The translations under genes were made by a program, and so were the position numbers. Below the pieces are notes generated by a model. That model was given only the letters and a program-made list of their open reading frames with translations, did no database searches and had not been told where the DNA came from. From NCBI RefSeq assembly GCF_006345805.1, contig NC_043003.1:46190001-46254000 (forward strand): a stretch of DNA of 64,000 bases, written 5' to 3'. This document shows positions 53,288 through 64,000 of this stretch, in pieces (positions within the stretch are counted from its first letter, which is position 1; every line of letters starts with the position of its first letter). The DNA comes from Octopus sinensis (lineage: Eukaryota).

Positions 53288-53580
53288 GGAGGCGCAATGG
53301 CTCAGTGCAGCGGACTTGCGGTCGGAGGATCGCGATTTCAATTCCCAGACCGGCCGTTGTGTGTGTTTATTGAGCGAAAACACCTAAAAGCTCCACGAGG
53401 CTTCGACAGGGACTGGTGGCGAGCCCTGTTGTACTCTTTCGTCACAAGTTTCTCTCACTCTCTCTTCCTGTTTCTTGAGTAACGCTGCGATGGACTGGCG
53501 TCCCGTCCAGCTGGGGGGTACACATACGCCACAGAAACCGGGAAACCGGGCCCACCCAAGCTTGAAAAGGGCGACGTTTA
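53288..53580 (+). mobile_element. SINE family D head/body with alternative tail 3 (V-domain-like)
   Basis: Same head, then gcgatggactggcgtcccgtccag...gaaaccggg; related copies at 40532-40765 (+) and 63851-64000 (-, cut by the window end). Confidence 0.8.
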
Positions 53581-54059
53581 TCGTTTTATCACTATAATAA
53601 ATTCACTCTCCAGCGACGATCTCTCGCAAAAATATAATCTTGTTATCGAATATTTTATTTGCTCATTATAAATTCGCCATATTCTGTCATCTCAGCTTGG
53701 TTTTTCCTATCACTACGTCTACGCAGCTCTTCATACACATGCGTGTGAACGTGTGTGTGTGTGTGTGTGTATTATATTGACTATTCAACGACGTCACCAA
53801 GCTACGCCGTGATTTCTAAGCATGCTGGTTGTCTTTCAGCATCAGTTTACAATTGCTGAGATGTGAACACGCTCTCGTAATACCTTCCTCTCTCACTCAC
53901 ATTCTCAAACCAATTGCACGCCATGACAGTATTTATTTTTCATCTTTTACTTTTTAAATCTATATTTTTATCATATTCTCACTTTTTATCTTCAATAACA
54001 TTTCTCGTCTTTGTATATTTTACTGGATTTATAATCGTTTCAATCACTTTAGACTTTAC

Positions 54060-54109
<50 letters not shown>

Positions 54110-54547
54110 ATAGACAAGCAGGTAGGTAGGTAGGTACGCATGCATGCATCTTATACGCAAATCCAATTAACACAGCGAAAGCGATACTTGACCAAATTTA
54201 TTGAAATATATTTAAGCAAACAGTAAACTTAAGAGACCTGACATACATGTGTCTTCCAGTATTCTTATATGATAGATCGTCAAGTACACTCGTAGAATCT
54301 TCAAATGAGACAGTTTTCTAAGTGAATGTGAACTAAATAATAATACCTATATATTTTAAAGAAGACATTACAAAATTAATAAATTACTTACTATTAAAGA
54401 TATAGATTTTTACTTTCCGTAGACCTAAAATTCGATGCCTGAAATGGGGAGAGAACCCAGTAGACAAAATCAGTGCGAAGAGTGCTTACGCAGAGGTGTT
54501 TGCGGCTTTATGGAAATATACTTGTATATTTGATGAAAAAATTAACG

Positions 54548-54985
54548 CATAGCTGTGTAGTTAAAAGTTTGCTTCTCAGTTACATAGTTTCGGGTTCAGT
54601 CCTACAGCGTGCCACCATGGGCAAGTTTTTTCGACTATAGTTCAAAGCCAATCAAAACTTTATTTCTTGATTTTGTGGATAGAAACTGAAAGAAGCTCAT
54701 TATATATGTGGATGTGTATATGTGCATTCGCGTATGTGTGTGTGTGTGTGGTGTGTGTGTGTGTGTGTGTGTTCCTGTCTGTGTCTGTTCCATTCCACCG
54801 CTTGACAATTGATGTTCGTTTATTTACGTGTCCCGTAATCCAGCGGATCAGCAAAAGAAATCGATCGAATAAACACCAGGCTTTAAAAACTAAGCACTGA
54901 ATTCGATGTGTTGTTCTGACGAAAATTCTTTGAGGTAATGCTCCAGTATGACGGAAGTCCAAGGACTGAAAAAATATAAAAGATA
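54548..54985 (+). mobile_element. SINE family A, degraded
   Basis: Recognisable head, internal (TG)n and tail. Confidence 0.7.
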
Positions 54986-55154
54986 AAAGATACCAGATCT
55001 CATGAGAGATTATCTTAGCCTTGTGACAGAAAACAATTTCTATTATGGAAGAAAGCGAAGTACAGTAATGCCTCGATTCACGAGGTAATTTGTTCCCGGA
55101 AACCGCTCGTAAAACGAAAACTCGTAAAGCAAAGCAATAATTTCTCATAGTTGC

Positions 55155-55440
55155 TGAGACCCCCTTCAGTCATGACTGACCATGGGATTGCACCTAGAAA
55201 GTTACCCTCCCAGGCACAAGTCCGCGCAAGGTTGTTTATTATGGAAGACCAGCAGTCGCCCATGCATACCGACCTCCCCTCTCCACGCCAACGATGTCAT
55301 CCAAGGGAAAAAGGCAAAGGCCGATACAGCTTGGCACCTGTGATGTCGCAACTCATTTGTACTGCTGAGTGAACTGGAGCAACGTGAAATAAAGTGTCTT
55401 GCTCAAGAACACAACACGCAGCCCGGTCCGGGATTCGAAA
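55155..55440 (-). mobile_element. SINE family C
   Basis: Aligns by eye to 30673-30932. Confidence 0.85.
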
Positions 55441-55586
55441 TCTTTGTTAACCATTGTATTTGTTTGCTTTTTACACGTTTAACCTCACTGTCCGTCGTCT
55501 GCCTATCGTCCCGTATGTTTTGTGCTTGGCCCTGGGGGCCAACAAAGAAAGTATTGTTATTGTTGTTGTTATCATTGTTAATATTA

Positions 55587-55767
55587 AGGCGGCGAGCTGG
55601 CAAAATCGTTAGTACACTGGACGAAATGCTGAGCATTATTTCGCCCGCTGCTATGTTCTGAGTTCAGATTCCGCCGAGATAGACTTTGCTTTTCATCCTT
55701 TCTGGGTTGATAAATTAAGTATTAGTTAAGTACTCAAATTCCAGGTCTTGTGCCTACAGTTGAAAGG

Positions 55768-55823
<56 letters not shown>

Positions 55824-56290
55824 AGGGGGCGAGCTGGCAGAATCGTTAGCACGCCGGGCGAAATGCTTAGCAGTATTTCGTCTGCCGCTACGTTCGAAGC
55901 TTAAATTCCGCCGTGGTCCACTTTGCCTTTCATCCTTTCGGGGGTCGATAAATTAGGTACCATTTGAATTCTGGTGTCGATATGATTGTCTCATCCTCTC
56001 TCCCAAAATGGCTACCCTTGTGTCAAACTTCGAAACCATTATTATTAGTACTGTTGTTGTTGCTGTTGTTGTTGTTGTTGCTGTTGTTGTTGTCGTTGTT
56101 CTTGTTCTTGTTCTTGATTTTTGTTGTTGTTAGTTCTAAATATAATTCCTGTTGAAATCAGGTTTACCGTTCATCTACCAGGTATCGATAAAATTAAGTG
56201 CTAGTCAAGCACTGGTTCGATATAATTGACCGGTATCACCCTCTACACCCAAATATTTCTGACCTTGTACCTACCTAAAAAAATCAGTAC
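55587..56290 (+). mobile_element. Three SINE family B copies separated by (ATT)n/(GTT)n tails
   Basis: Heads ggcggcgagctggca at 55587 and about 55825; fragment at about 56150. Confidence 0.8.
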
Positions 56291-56596
56291 TATCATTTAT
56301 CAGCAGCATTGTCAGCATTATATTTATTACAAATATTGCGTGTGCATATGCATATGTTACCACGGATGCGTGTTAGTGTATGTATGTGTGCCTCTGTGTT
56401 AGTAGCGTAGTGGATGTTTTTGGACAGTTTGTATTACCAGCATAGGTTATGGATATGTGATGGCGGGGAGAGGTCGAGACAGAATTTGGAGAAACGTGTG
56501 AACGATAGGCGACTGGTTTAACTGATGCAAGCCACAGATATTCACTACATCAATGTCATCGATTGACATTTTGAGGGAAAATGAAAATATAAAACA

Positions 56597-56637
<41 letters not shown>

Positions 56638-58689
56638 AAATAAAATGAAACTTTCTGATCCTTCAGAACCAAATAGTGAGAAAAAAAATTGACATTGCGA
56701 GAAACGTTGTACGAAAAAAATATATTTCAAGGAGAGAGAAAGTACAAATAATTGGTGTACTGGGGTGGTGAGGGATCGAAACCGTATGTGAAGAGATGAC
56801 TTCTTCATTCTGTTCAATGAGTCAACAGCACTAGAAGCTGAGGAAGCTGAGCTACTCCACTTAGAATGGTCGGACCACTCAAGTTTGCTACTTCAGTTCT
56901 ATTTTAATCAATATCTGCTGACGGCCTTACACACAAAATAAAAATAGAAGGCAACATAGAAATCTTGTCTGATTCTATGAGTTGTCGTTGTTGAGGCTGT
57001 CGTTTTTGCTTTCATACGTTTTGCGTTCGCGCAAATCTAGAGTAGTATGACAATGATGATGATGATCATCATTATCATCATCATGACAACGACGTCGATA
57101 ACGATGAGGTGGAGGAGTTGGCTGGGGATAAAAATGATTAAATGATTACAATTGTGATGTTCATTATAATGACAATAAGGATAAGGATATTAATACTTAA
57201 TAGTACTTGTCATTATACGATCAATTTTATGTATTTAAAATGGCGACTGTGCTAATGGCAGTCGATTTCTCTTGGTTTTTTTGTGTGGGTTGATTCGAGG
57301 TAGAGTCTAGCGAATCCGGCTCGGTGATAGTGTTAAATCGTTTGTGGAGATAGTAAGGTATCACGAGCTTGATTCATCGATGATATATCCTTTCATCACT
57401 TGTATCCGTTTTGGCTCTTCATCGACTGTTATAGGATATAGTGGAATTGAGAGACAATAACCCTGTAATGTTCTCGGGCAGCACAGAAAACACGATAGTC
57501 GATACCACTCTGAAGGAATGAGAACTGGTAACTCGAGCACGTATAATCTGAAGGCTTAAGATACTATGGCTGCCAATGCACAAGTATGTACTGAAGTTGC
57601 GACTATTTGCACAATATTTAATAGTGTGGTTGCACATTTAGGAACATTTTATCTACACTTCCTTGCGTTTATACAGCTGCAGTATTGACTGAAGAATACA
57701 ATAAAACTCAACGTTTGCTATGCAGACTTTTGGCATATATTCACAATCACCTACCAATAAGGTCTGTAGAATGTCCACAGAAGCCTAGTGGGTAGCATGT
57801 GCGACAATGTATAGACATTTGTAACCAATGATACGCAGCTAGAAACTAAGGTTACGTAGCATCTGCTGGAGTTTCTAAACGTTGATTAGGTGCTGTCGCC
57901 TTTCGCTAAACATTTTTATCTCCATGATTGAGCTGTTTAAGCATAGACTAAGCTTAAGCATCCGAAATTTGCAATTTTGCCAGGCGTTTTAACTTTTCTA
58001 ACAGTCGTATAATGTGCTTAGTAAAATCTCAAGCTTTCTATTATATAGAAGGTTACTTGTTAGCGTAAGTGGTGGTGTTTTGAGCACCGAAAAAGACGAA
58101 TTATGGCAGTCACCGAATGGCTTTGTCACTTTGAGATAAACCCGACGGCAGTTGTATCAGCTGTTGTGATAAACATTGAGTGGTCGAACATTGATGATTT
58201 GTAAATTTCTATCAGACTTTATTATCAGATGCATGATACGTCGGAATGTCACCTGTGTCCTCTCTTTGGAATAGAAGTACTGAAATTTTCGTAGATATCT
58301 ATGTCAAAAGAGGTAATGGGATAGACAAGACAGAGGACTGAAGACAGAAATATTCCTTTCTGGCAAAACCCCCATCAAGGTTCTTCCCAAAGTACATGAA
58401 TGTATGCATGAAAGTAGAGAAAGAAATGCCACCCACCATTCGACTTACAAAATTGTAGCTAAGTCTGGCGACGATGATCTGGTTGGATATGACTGCTTTC
58501 TGTATAGGGCTTATGTCGGAGGTTGTAAGTGGGATGATGTACTTATACTACTTTATGCTACTTAGTAATCATGGCAATCTAGGGTATTTGAGGGTTTTTC
58601 TGATTAACACCTTGATGTAGTTTGATGGTCATATATTATTTCCTCTCAATTCAGCAATTAGTATAGACTATTGTCTATACTAATTAGTC

Positions 58690-58960
58690 TACTATACAAC
58701 AGTCTACTATTGTCTATGCTAATGAGTGCAAGGAGAACTTTTACCGAGTATTTGATAAATAGTGATGAAGACCTGCTGCAATATGCTGCAAAAGATATGG
58801 GTGTAAATTCGGGTGAAATGTTGTGCAAGGAAGAGTTTAACCAAGAGCTGAGTAGAAGAAAAATGACGACCTTCTTGAAATGGGAATACATGGACAGTTT
58901 GAAAGGAATACACAGGACGTTAAGGTTAATACAACATCGTGAGCATAGCCTGAGCTAAGT
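58690..58960 (+). mobile_element. R4/Dong-type fragment A (post-RT region)
   Basis: YLINSDEDLLQYA..., then IHGQFER in a shifted frame; this region recurs later in fragment B, so it is a separate copy. Confidence 0.6.
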
Positions 58961-58974
58961 GATTTAAAGCGTTC

Positions 58975-60110
58975 CACTGAAAACCTGATCCAACGGTGAG
59001 AAAATCAAGAATATTGAGATTAATGGATATAAATATCTGGAGATTTTTGAACAAGACAAAATGAAGGAAAGCTTAGGCGAGAATATCTCAGAAGAACCAG
59101 ATAAATTATGAGAAGTAGACTAATGAAAAAAAAACAGGGTAATGAATACATGGGCTGTTTCCTTAATGCGATATGGTGCATGTGCTGTTAGGTGGACAAA
59201 GAACGAGCTTGAAGAAATGGACACGAAAACTAGAAAAGTGATGAAAATTTACAAGGAACTAAGCCCCAAAAGAGATACTGACAAGCTGTATGTACTTAGA
59301 AACAGGTGTGGAAGAGATCTCATAGGATGCAAGTTCTGTGTTGTCAACGAAAATAGTCTGGGATGGTACATCAAACAGCAGAGTGAATTCTTGCTTGCCG
59401 CTGTTAGAATTAACAATATAATGCCTACCGAAAATGTGACGCATCCACAAACATTTAAGTAACAAGACAAAGAAGAAAGAGTAAACACCTGGAAAATAAA
59501 ACCACTGCATGGGCAATACCTCTGGGAAATCGAAGGAAAAGACAAAATCAACACTTGAAGATGGCTACGAAAAAGTGATCTGAAAGGATGCACTGAGGCA
59601 TTGATATGCAGTGTCCAGGAACAAACTCTGAGAACTAATTACAAGTTCTAAATAGATTTAAGCACTACAAAAGGAGGCACGATAACGTCTACTTAAGGTT
59701 ATGTGAAAAGTATGGCCAGAAGAGAGTACGGAAATGGTACGAATATGAACCAGAAGAAGTCATCGACAAAAAGAAACATAAGATACTGTGGGATTTTGCA
59801 ATCCAATATGATTCCCTAATCGAGGCTCGGAAACCAGATATTGTTGTGGTAGATAAAGGAAAATTGGAAACCAAGATCATAGATATTGCAATATCTAGAG
59901 ATACACGCATAAGTGGCAGAGAACTAGAAAAGATTAAAAAGTACAGACTACTAAAAGATTAAATTGCATGAATGTAGACTATGAGGAGAGTGTCTGTCAT
60001 TCCAGTAGTTGCAGGGGCACTGTGAGACCTCTGACAGCAGGCTGCTGTCCGCTCTCACAGAACCTACTAGAACATACAAAACCGAACGTTCTGAAAAGTA
60101 ACACAACAAC
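58975..60110 (+). mobile_element. R4/Dong-type fragment B (RT end to endonuclease, internally deleted)
   Basis: GYKYLEI, NTWAVSLMRY, LYVLRNRCGRDL, LHGQY, QEQTLRTNY, RHDN, WDF.IQYD..RKPDIVVVDK, IPVVAGAL; followed by (ACG)n(TAA)n. Confidence 0.85.
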
Positions 60111-60123
60111 GACGACGACGACG

Positions 60124-60237
<114 letters not shown>

Positions 60238-60815
60238 GTCACAAGAATGATCCATTTGGAACCGTTTGGAAATCAAGCCCTACAAAGAGCAGAGACGTGG
60301 TACGAGCAAACCCAGAAGGAGTAACCGAAAATGAGAAATGCAAAATTGAGTGGGATGGAATGATCCTGTGCAATCACCAGAGCAGACATTGGAAACCAGA
60401 CATTGTTGCGGTGAATAAAAATGAAAGAACATGAATGATAATCGACATAGCATGCCCCGGTGACAACAGGATCAGTGTGAAAGAAGAAGAAAAAATGAAC
60501 AACTATGACAATATAAAGTGGGAAATACGAAGTTTGTGGTCAATGAAGAGAGTAGACGTGATACTAATAGTAATTGGTGCGCATGGAAGTATCAGCACTC
60601 AGTTATCAACATGGCTGAAAAAGATCAGTGCAAGTGTGAAGGTAGAACATCTACAAAAGTCAGCGTTGTTTGGAACTGCAAAAATTCTTCTCAGAATCCT
60701 TGAAGCATGACCAGTAAACAAGTGTCACCTTAGTCTGCTGGCTGTCGTCAGCTGACACTTACCAGCACACCCAGCAAAACACGCTGTGAGTTTTCATATA
60801 ATAGTAACAATAATA
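60238..60815 (+). mobile_element. R4/Dong-type fragment C (endonuclease + 3' UTR)
   Basis: WYEQTPE..WD..KPDIVAVNK..IIDIACPGD..KEEEKMNNY..LQKSALFGTAKILLRIL*; preceded by a long (TAA)n. Confidence 0.88.
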
Positions 60816-60816
60816 T

Positions 60817-61200
60817 GTGGGATTCAATATTCAGACGGACAGAATACCAGAAGCTAGAAGGCCTGATTTAGTGGTCGTAGTAGTAGTAACAGTAGTAGAC
60901 AAGGAGAATAGAAAGTGCCAGGTAATTGATTTTACAGTCGGAAATGATAAGAAAATCAATATGAGAAGTTTAGAGAAAACAATAAAGTACCAGGCCCTAG
61001 AAATTGAGTTCCAGAGTCTATGGAATGCGAGGGGAAAATATATTCCCGTAGTTATAGGTGCATTATAAACTATCTCTAAAGATTTCAACAGATGTATAGT
61101 GCAACTCCAGAAGACAGCATCAATAAGTATAGCAAGGATACTTAGGAAGGTTCTTGGCATCTAAGGTTACTTTTGTAGCTCGATGTTAGGATTTTCTTTT
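60817..61200 (+). mobile_element. R4/Dong-type fragment D (endonuclease end)
   Basis: WGFNIQTDR..RRPDLVV..IDF..KYQALEIE..IPVVIGAL; followed by (TAA)n at 61232. Confidence 0.85.
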
Positions 61201-61230
61201 CCAACAATCTAATTGGCTGTACGATTATGA

Positions 61231-61231
<1 letters not shown>

Positions 61232-61270
<39 letters not shown>

Positions 61271-61288
61271 TAATAATAATAATGATAA

Positions 61289-61319
<31 letters not shown>

Positions 61320-61344
61320 AGAAGAAGAAGAAGAAGAAGAAGAA

Positions 61345-61376
<32 letters not shown>

Positions 61377-61656
61377 ACAAGAACAAGAACAAGAACAAGA
61401 AGAAGAACAAGAAGAAGAACAAGAAGAACAAGAACAAGAACAAGAACAAGACGAACAAGAAGAACAAGAAGAACAAGAAGAAAAAGAATAAGAAGAAAAA
61501 GATAAATATATTAACATATAAATTAACATTATCGTCCTTATTATTATTATTATTACTATTATTATTATTATTATTATTATTATTATCATCATTATTATTA
61601 TTATTATTATTATTATCATTATTATTATTATTATCATTATTATTATTATCATTATT

Positions 61657-61691
<35 letters not shown>

Positions 61692-61758
61692 CATCATTAT
61701 TATTATTATTATTATTATCATCATCATTATCATCATCATTATTATTATTATTATTATT
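61232..61758. repeat. (TAA)n(GAA)n(GAACAA)n and (ATT/ATC)n tracts
   Basis: Direct inspection. Confidence 0.95.
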
Positions 61759-62500
61759 GAGTGAGAGAGCAGTTCATGCCATCAAAGTGACACTGGGGTA
61801 AAATATACGAAGCCCAATATACCCATCATGACTACCCGTCTGATAAAGGTACACCAGGCACATGCATCACAACCATATGTGCGCGACATGGTGATCTCAT
61901 ATCAAGATAAACAGCACATGACCTTGCAGGTGGGGCCCAGTTAGAATTTTCTTCAGGTTGACTAGCCCATCCCGCTCAAACGGTCCCTGAATAAGGGTTG
62001 TTTAAGGATGTTGAAAGAACCACCCATGTTTCCAGAGGTGAATTATTCAAACCCCAAAGAATCCCTCTCAACACATGGCTATGATGCTCCCCCACTACTT
62101 CTGCTCGTGATCAGAGATGCACATATCGTCAGCCACTAAGGGACATGCTCAACTGGTTACGGTCAAACAACTGACAAGCAAATCTGTGGTATTGAGCAGA
62201 ATATTTGCTGTAGCCCATCTTTTATACCAAGACAAAACAATGTACATGATAACACTTCCAATCAGTTAAGATCAGGAGCCATGAGAGCCACTGCCTGGTA
62301 CTGCATCAGGGCATGGCCACTGCCTGGTACTGCATCAGGGCATTTATGGTATTGAGCAGAATATTTGCTGTAGCCCATCTTTTATACCAAGACAAAACAA
62401 TGTACATGATAACACTTCCAATCAGATAAGATCAGAAGCCATGAGAGCCACTGCCTGGTACTGCATCAGGGCATGGCCACTGCCTGGTACTGCATCAGGG

Positions 62501-62503
<3 letters not shown>
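61759..62503 (-). mobile_element. Non-coding element embedded in (TAA)n, with a 160-bp terminal duplication
   Basis: Non-simple sequence flanked on both sides by (ATT)n; 62187-62343 repeats at 62347-62503; strand inferred from the (AAT)n tail. Confidence 0.65.
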
Positions 62504-62541
<38 letters not shown>

Positions 62542-62549
62542 TATTATTA

Positions 62550-62588
<39 letters not shown>

Positions 62589-62826
62589 GCCGTTGTTGTT
62601 GTTGTTATCATCATTTATTAATCCCTTTATATTTTGTAACTATTCCATGCTTTGAGCATTCTACGGCTCGACCACCACCAACCCACGTTGCTCAAATAAA
62701 TAAATCATAATTCTTTCAATGGCTGCTGCCATTCTTCACCATGATTCTGCAATTAACTTTGAAAAGCTGCACATTTGATGTTATAATTGATAACTGCAGT
62801 CATTATTATTATCGTCATCATCGTCC

Positions 62827-62876
<50 letters not shown>

Positions 62877-62913
62877 GTTGTTGTTGTTGTTGTTGTTGTT
62901 GTTATTATTATTA

Positions 62914-62953
<40 letters not shown>

Positions 62954-63850
62954 TTTTATTATTTTTTATTGCTATTGTTGTTCTTTTGGTTACTGTTGTT
63001 ATTTTTATTAATCATTTTCGTAGTCTTCATAATCTAATTGCAAATTTTTTTTTCTTTTAAATTTGTAAAATAAATGAAATATAATTGACAGCACCATCCC
63101 TTCCACCACAATTATCATCATCATCATCGTCATCATCATTAATATCAATAACAACAAGCGAAGCGGTAAACTCGTTTAATCTTCGACAACCACCTATCGA
63201 TCTAATAATCTCCGTATCATCCCTCTATACTTCTCCGCTGCCCCACATTCATCTCCAACACAATATATTATAAAAGCTGTTTATTGAGGCTTTAATTGAT
63301 ATCTGATATTTATGAAATTTTATGAAGTAACTGTATTATTTAGCTTTCACATCTGTCGATCACCCATCACTCGAACTTTTTTCTTCTTTTCATTACACTG
63401 AGCATTCATTTAAGGTATCACATGATATTATTCCTTCCATCAGGTCAAATACTTCTCTTTTTTCCCCCTTACATTTGATCAACAAGTTGTGTATTATGCT
63501 ATATTGCAACAACAAACCAATGAGTCAGTTCATCGTAATTGCTCGCCATGCGAAGGAGAGCAAACATAATTTCCCCATTAAATAACACCCTTGCACTTTT
63601 AAACAATGAAGGACTGTTGAGATATTCCTCGGTAGTAGCGTAATGGTCAAAGACTTCCGTCATAATTTTTTTTTCGATTCTACTGATTTCGTGTTATATG
63701 ATTTTTAAAAGAGTATGATTCGGCTCCATGAGACTTAATGTTACCCGGGTCTCTAACAGAAACTCGTCTCTTTCAGGCTTAGGTTATCGAATTACCGAAA
63801 TCGGTAATCTAAAACAGATGGGTTTCTGTTAGAGGTCCGCACCAAATCAA

Positions 63851-64000
63851 ATTGATTGTTCCTTCTCCAGCCACGCTTGGCTCATAAGGGCCGTTTTTCC
63901 AGGTTTCATTGGCGTATAGGTTCCCCATCAGGACGGGACGCCGGTCCGTCAAAGGTGAGCAGTAAGATGCAGAAGGAAACGATGAGAGAAAGTTGTGGCG
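63851..64000 (-). mobile_element. SINE family D with tail 3, partial (runs off the window)
   Basis: Reverse complement reads cgccacaactttctctc...ggaccggcgtcccgtcc...gaaacctgg. Confidence 0.7.

Noticed and set aside
57430-57640. Cadherin-like word RDNNPVMF
   Set aside because: Short frame ending in a stop, no other cadherin motifs and no splice context.
58265-58610. Possible Penelope RT remnant on the minus strand (HPTYNL, SFDIDIY)
   Set aside because: Only two short words amid many stops; needs an HMM search.
62340-62503. HDV-like ribozyme at the presumed 5' end of the TAA-embedded element
   Set aside because: The candidate P2 and P1 strands leave only about 5 nt for P3/L3, so the fold does not fit by eye.

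Overview
Eukaryotic, AT-rich, gene-poor and microsatellite-dense DNA. The SINE families and repeat content look like an octopus (coleoid cephalopod) genome; this is my recognition, not a database match. The only convincing host coding sequence is the terminal exon (13080-13704, +) of a heparan sulfate 3-O-sulfotransferase (HS3ST2/3/4/6-type). Its 5' exon is not visible and is probably upstream of the window. Most other recognisable sequence is mobile DNA: two CR1/L2-group LINE copies, RTE fragments, several R4/Dong-type fragments associated with (TAA)n tracts, at least four tRNA-derived SINE families, a non-autonomous Helitron, mariner-type pieces, a decayed Chapaev-like transposase and several foldback elements. 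Nearly all other ORFs in the track are microsatellite artefacts. The most striking observations are two small non-coding elements with Penelope-type minimal hammerhead ribozyme motifs. One is a 327-bp TSD-flanked foldback (25895-26221) whose core has a compensatory G3-C8 swap (GUGAACA). The other is a tRNA-headed SINE-like element (18476-18730) with a CUGAUGA...GAAAC|GUU motif. All folds and alignments were done by eye and need computational and biochemical confirmation.
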